DNA from: a virus
DNA length: 64,000 bases
Virus record (IMG/VR): IMGVR_UViG_3300044981_000350
Span: 1-64,000 of that record
Reading direction: 5' to 3' (one strand)
Position numbers and translations under genes: made by a program. Of the stretch, positions 63,757 through 64,000 are shown one piece after another (the first letter of the stretch is position 1; each line of letters starts with the position of its first letter). A model generated the notes under the pieces. The model did no database searches. It had not been told where the DNA came from and saw only the letters and a list, made by a program, of their open reading frames with translations.

Positions 63757-64000
63757 AGGTGGTATGCGTCGACGCCGATGGGGAACCGGAACTCACCCTC
63801 GGGATGGTTTACCGCCTCGAGTCGTTCGTCGGCGACGGGAAGGCCCGGCTCGATCGCATCGACGCGCTGTTTGACCGCCGGCGGTTTCTCATCATCGATC
63901 TCGAACACGATGCGCGGTTCGTTTGCGGAATCGTCATCACACTCCAAGTAGCGCGCACCCTCGGGCAATGGCCCGGTCAGGTGCGGCAGAAGAAGTGCAA
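63753..64000 (+). CDS. Hypothetical protein, open at the window end
   Basis: ATGA overlap; MKVVCVDADGEPELTLGMVY; no stop before 64000. Confidence 0.45.
   Translation, partial: MKVVCVDADGEPELTLGMVYRLESFVGDGKARLDRIDALFDRRRFLIIDLEHDARFVCGIVITLQVARTLGQWPGQVRQKKC

Overview
The whole 64 kb window looks like one GC-rich dsDNA bacterial virus genome; I see no run of host chromosomal genes, rRNA, canonical tRNA or CRISPR array. Modules in order: collagen-like fibre genes (1-5.9 kb); a leftward block with a Cas4-like exonuclease, an HNH and an RHH-like regulator (6-11 kb); replication, recombination and nucleotide genes (11-27 kb: VapE-type helicase followed by an iteron-like origin, Sak4-like ATPase, SSB, HD and MazG nucleotidases, UDG-PolA fusion, RecD-like helicase, adenine MTase, dNMP kinase); a long co-directional putative virion module (27.5-46.8 kb); a glycosyltransferase/methyltransferase cassette; GroES; a papain-like protease cassette; a tyrosine integrase; small early-type genes behind a pair of inverted promoter-like repeats; and a SNF2 helicase. 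The most striking part is the virion module. I recognise no terminase, portal, HK97 capsid, tail tube or tape measure. It instead holds eight small proteins built as Arg-rich leader + Asn-Pro + TM helix, a second class with a Gly-Leu-Gly leader motif (mostly C-terminally anchored), a transglutaminase-fold Cys-His-Asp enzyme, a protamine-like membrane-anchored protein and 2-3 candidate capsid proteins. My inference is a tailless, membrane-containing temperate virus with a two-tag sorting/maturation code. All product calls come from motifs read by eye, with no database search, and several starts were adjusted from the ORF track.
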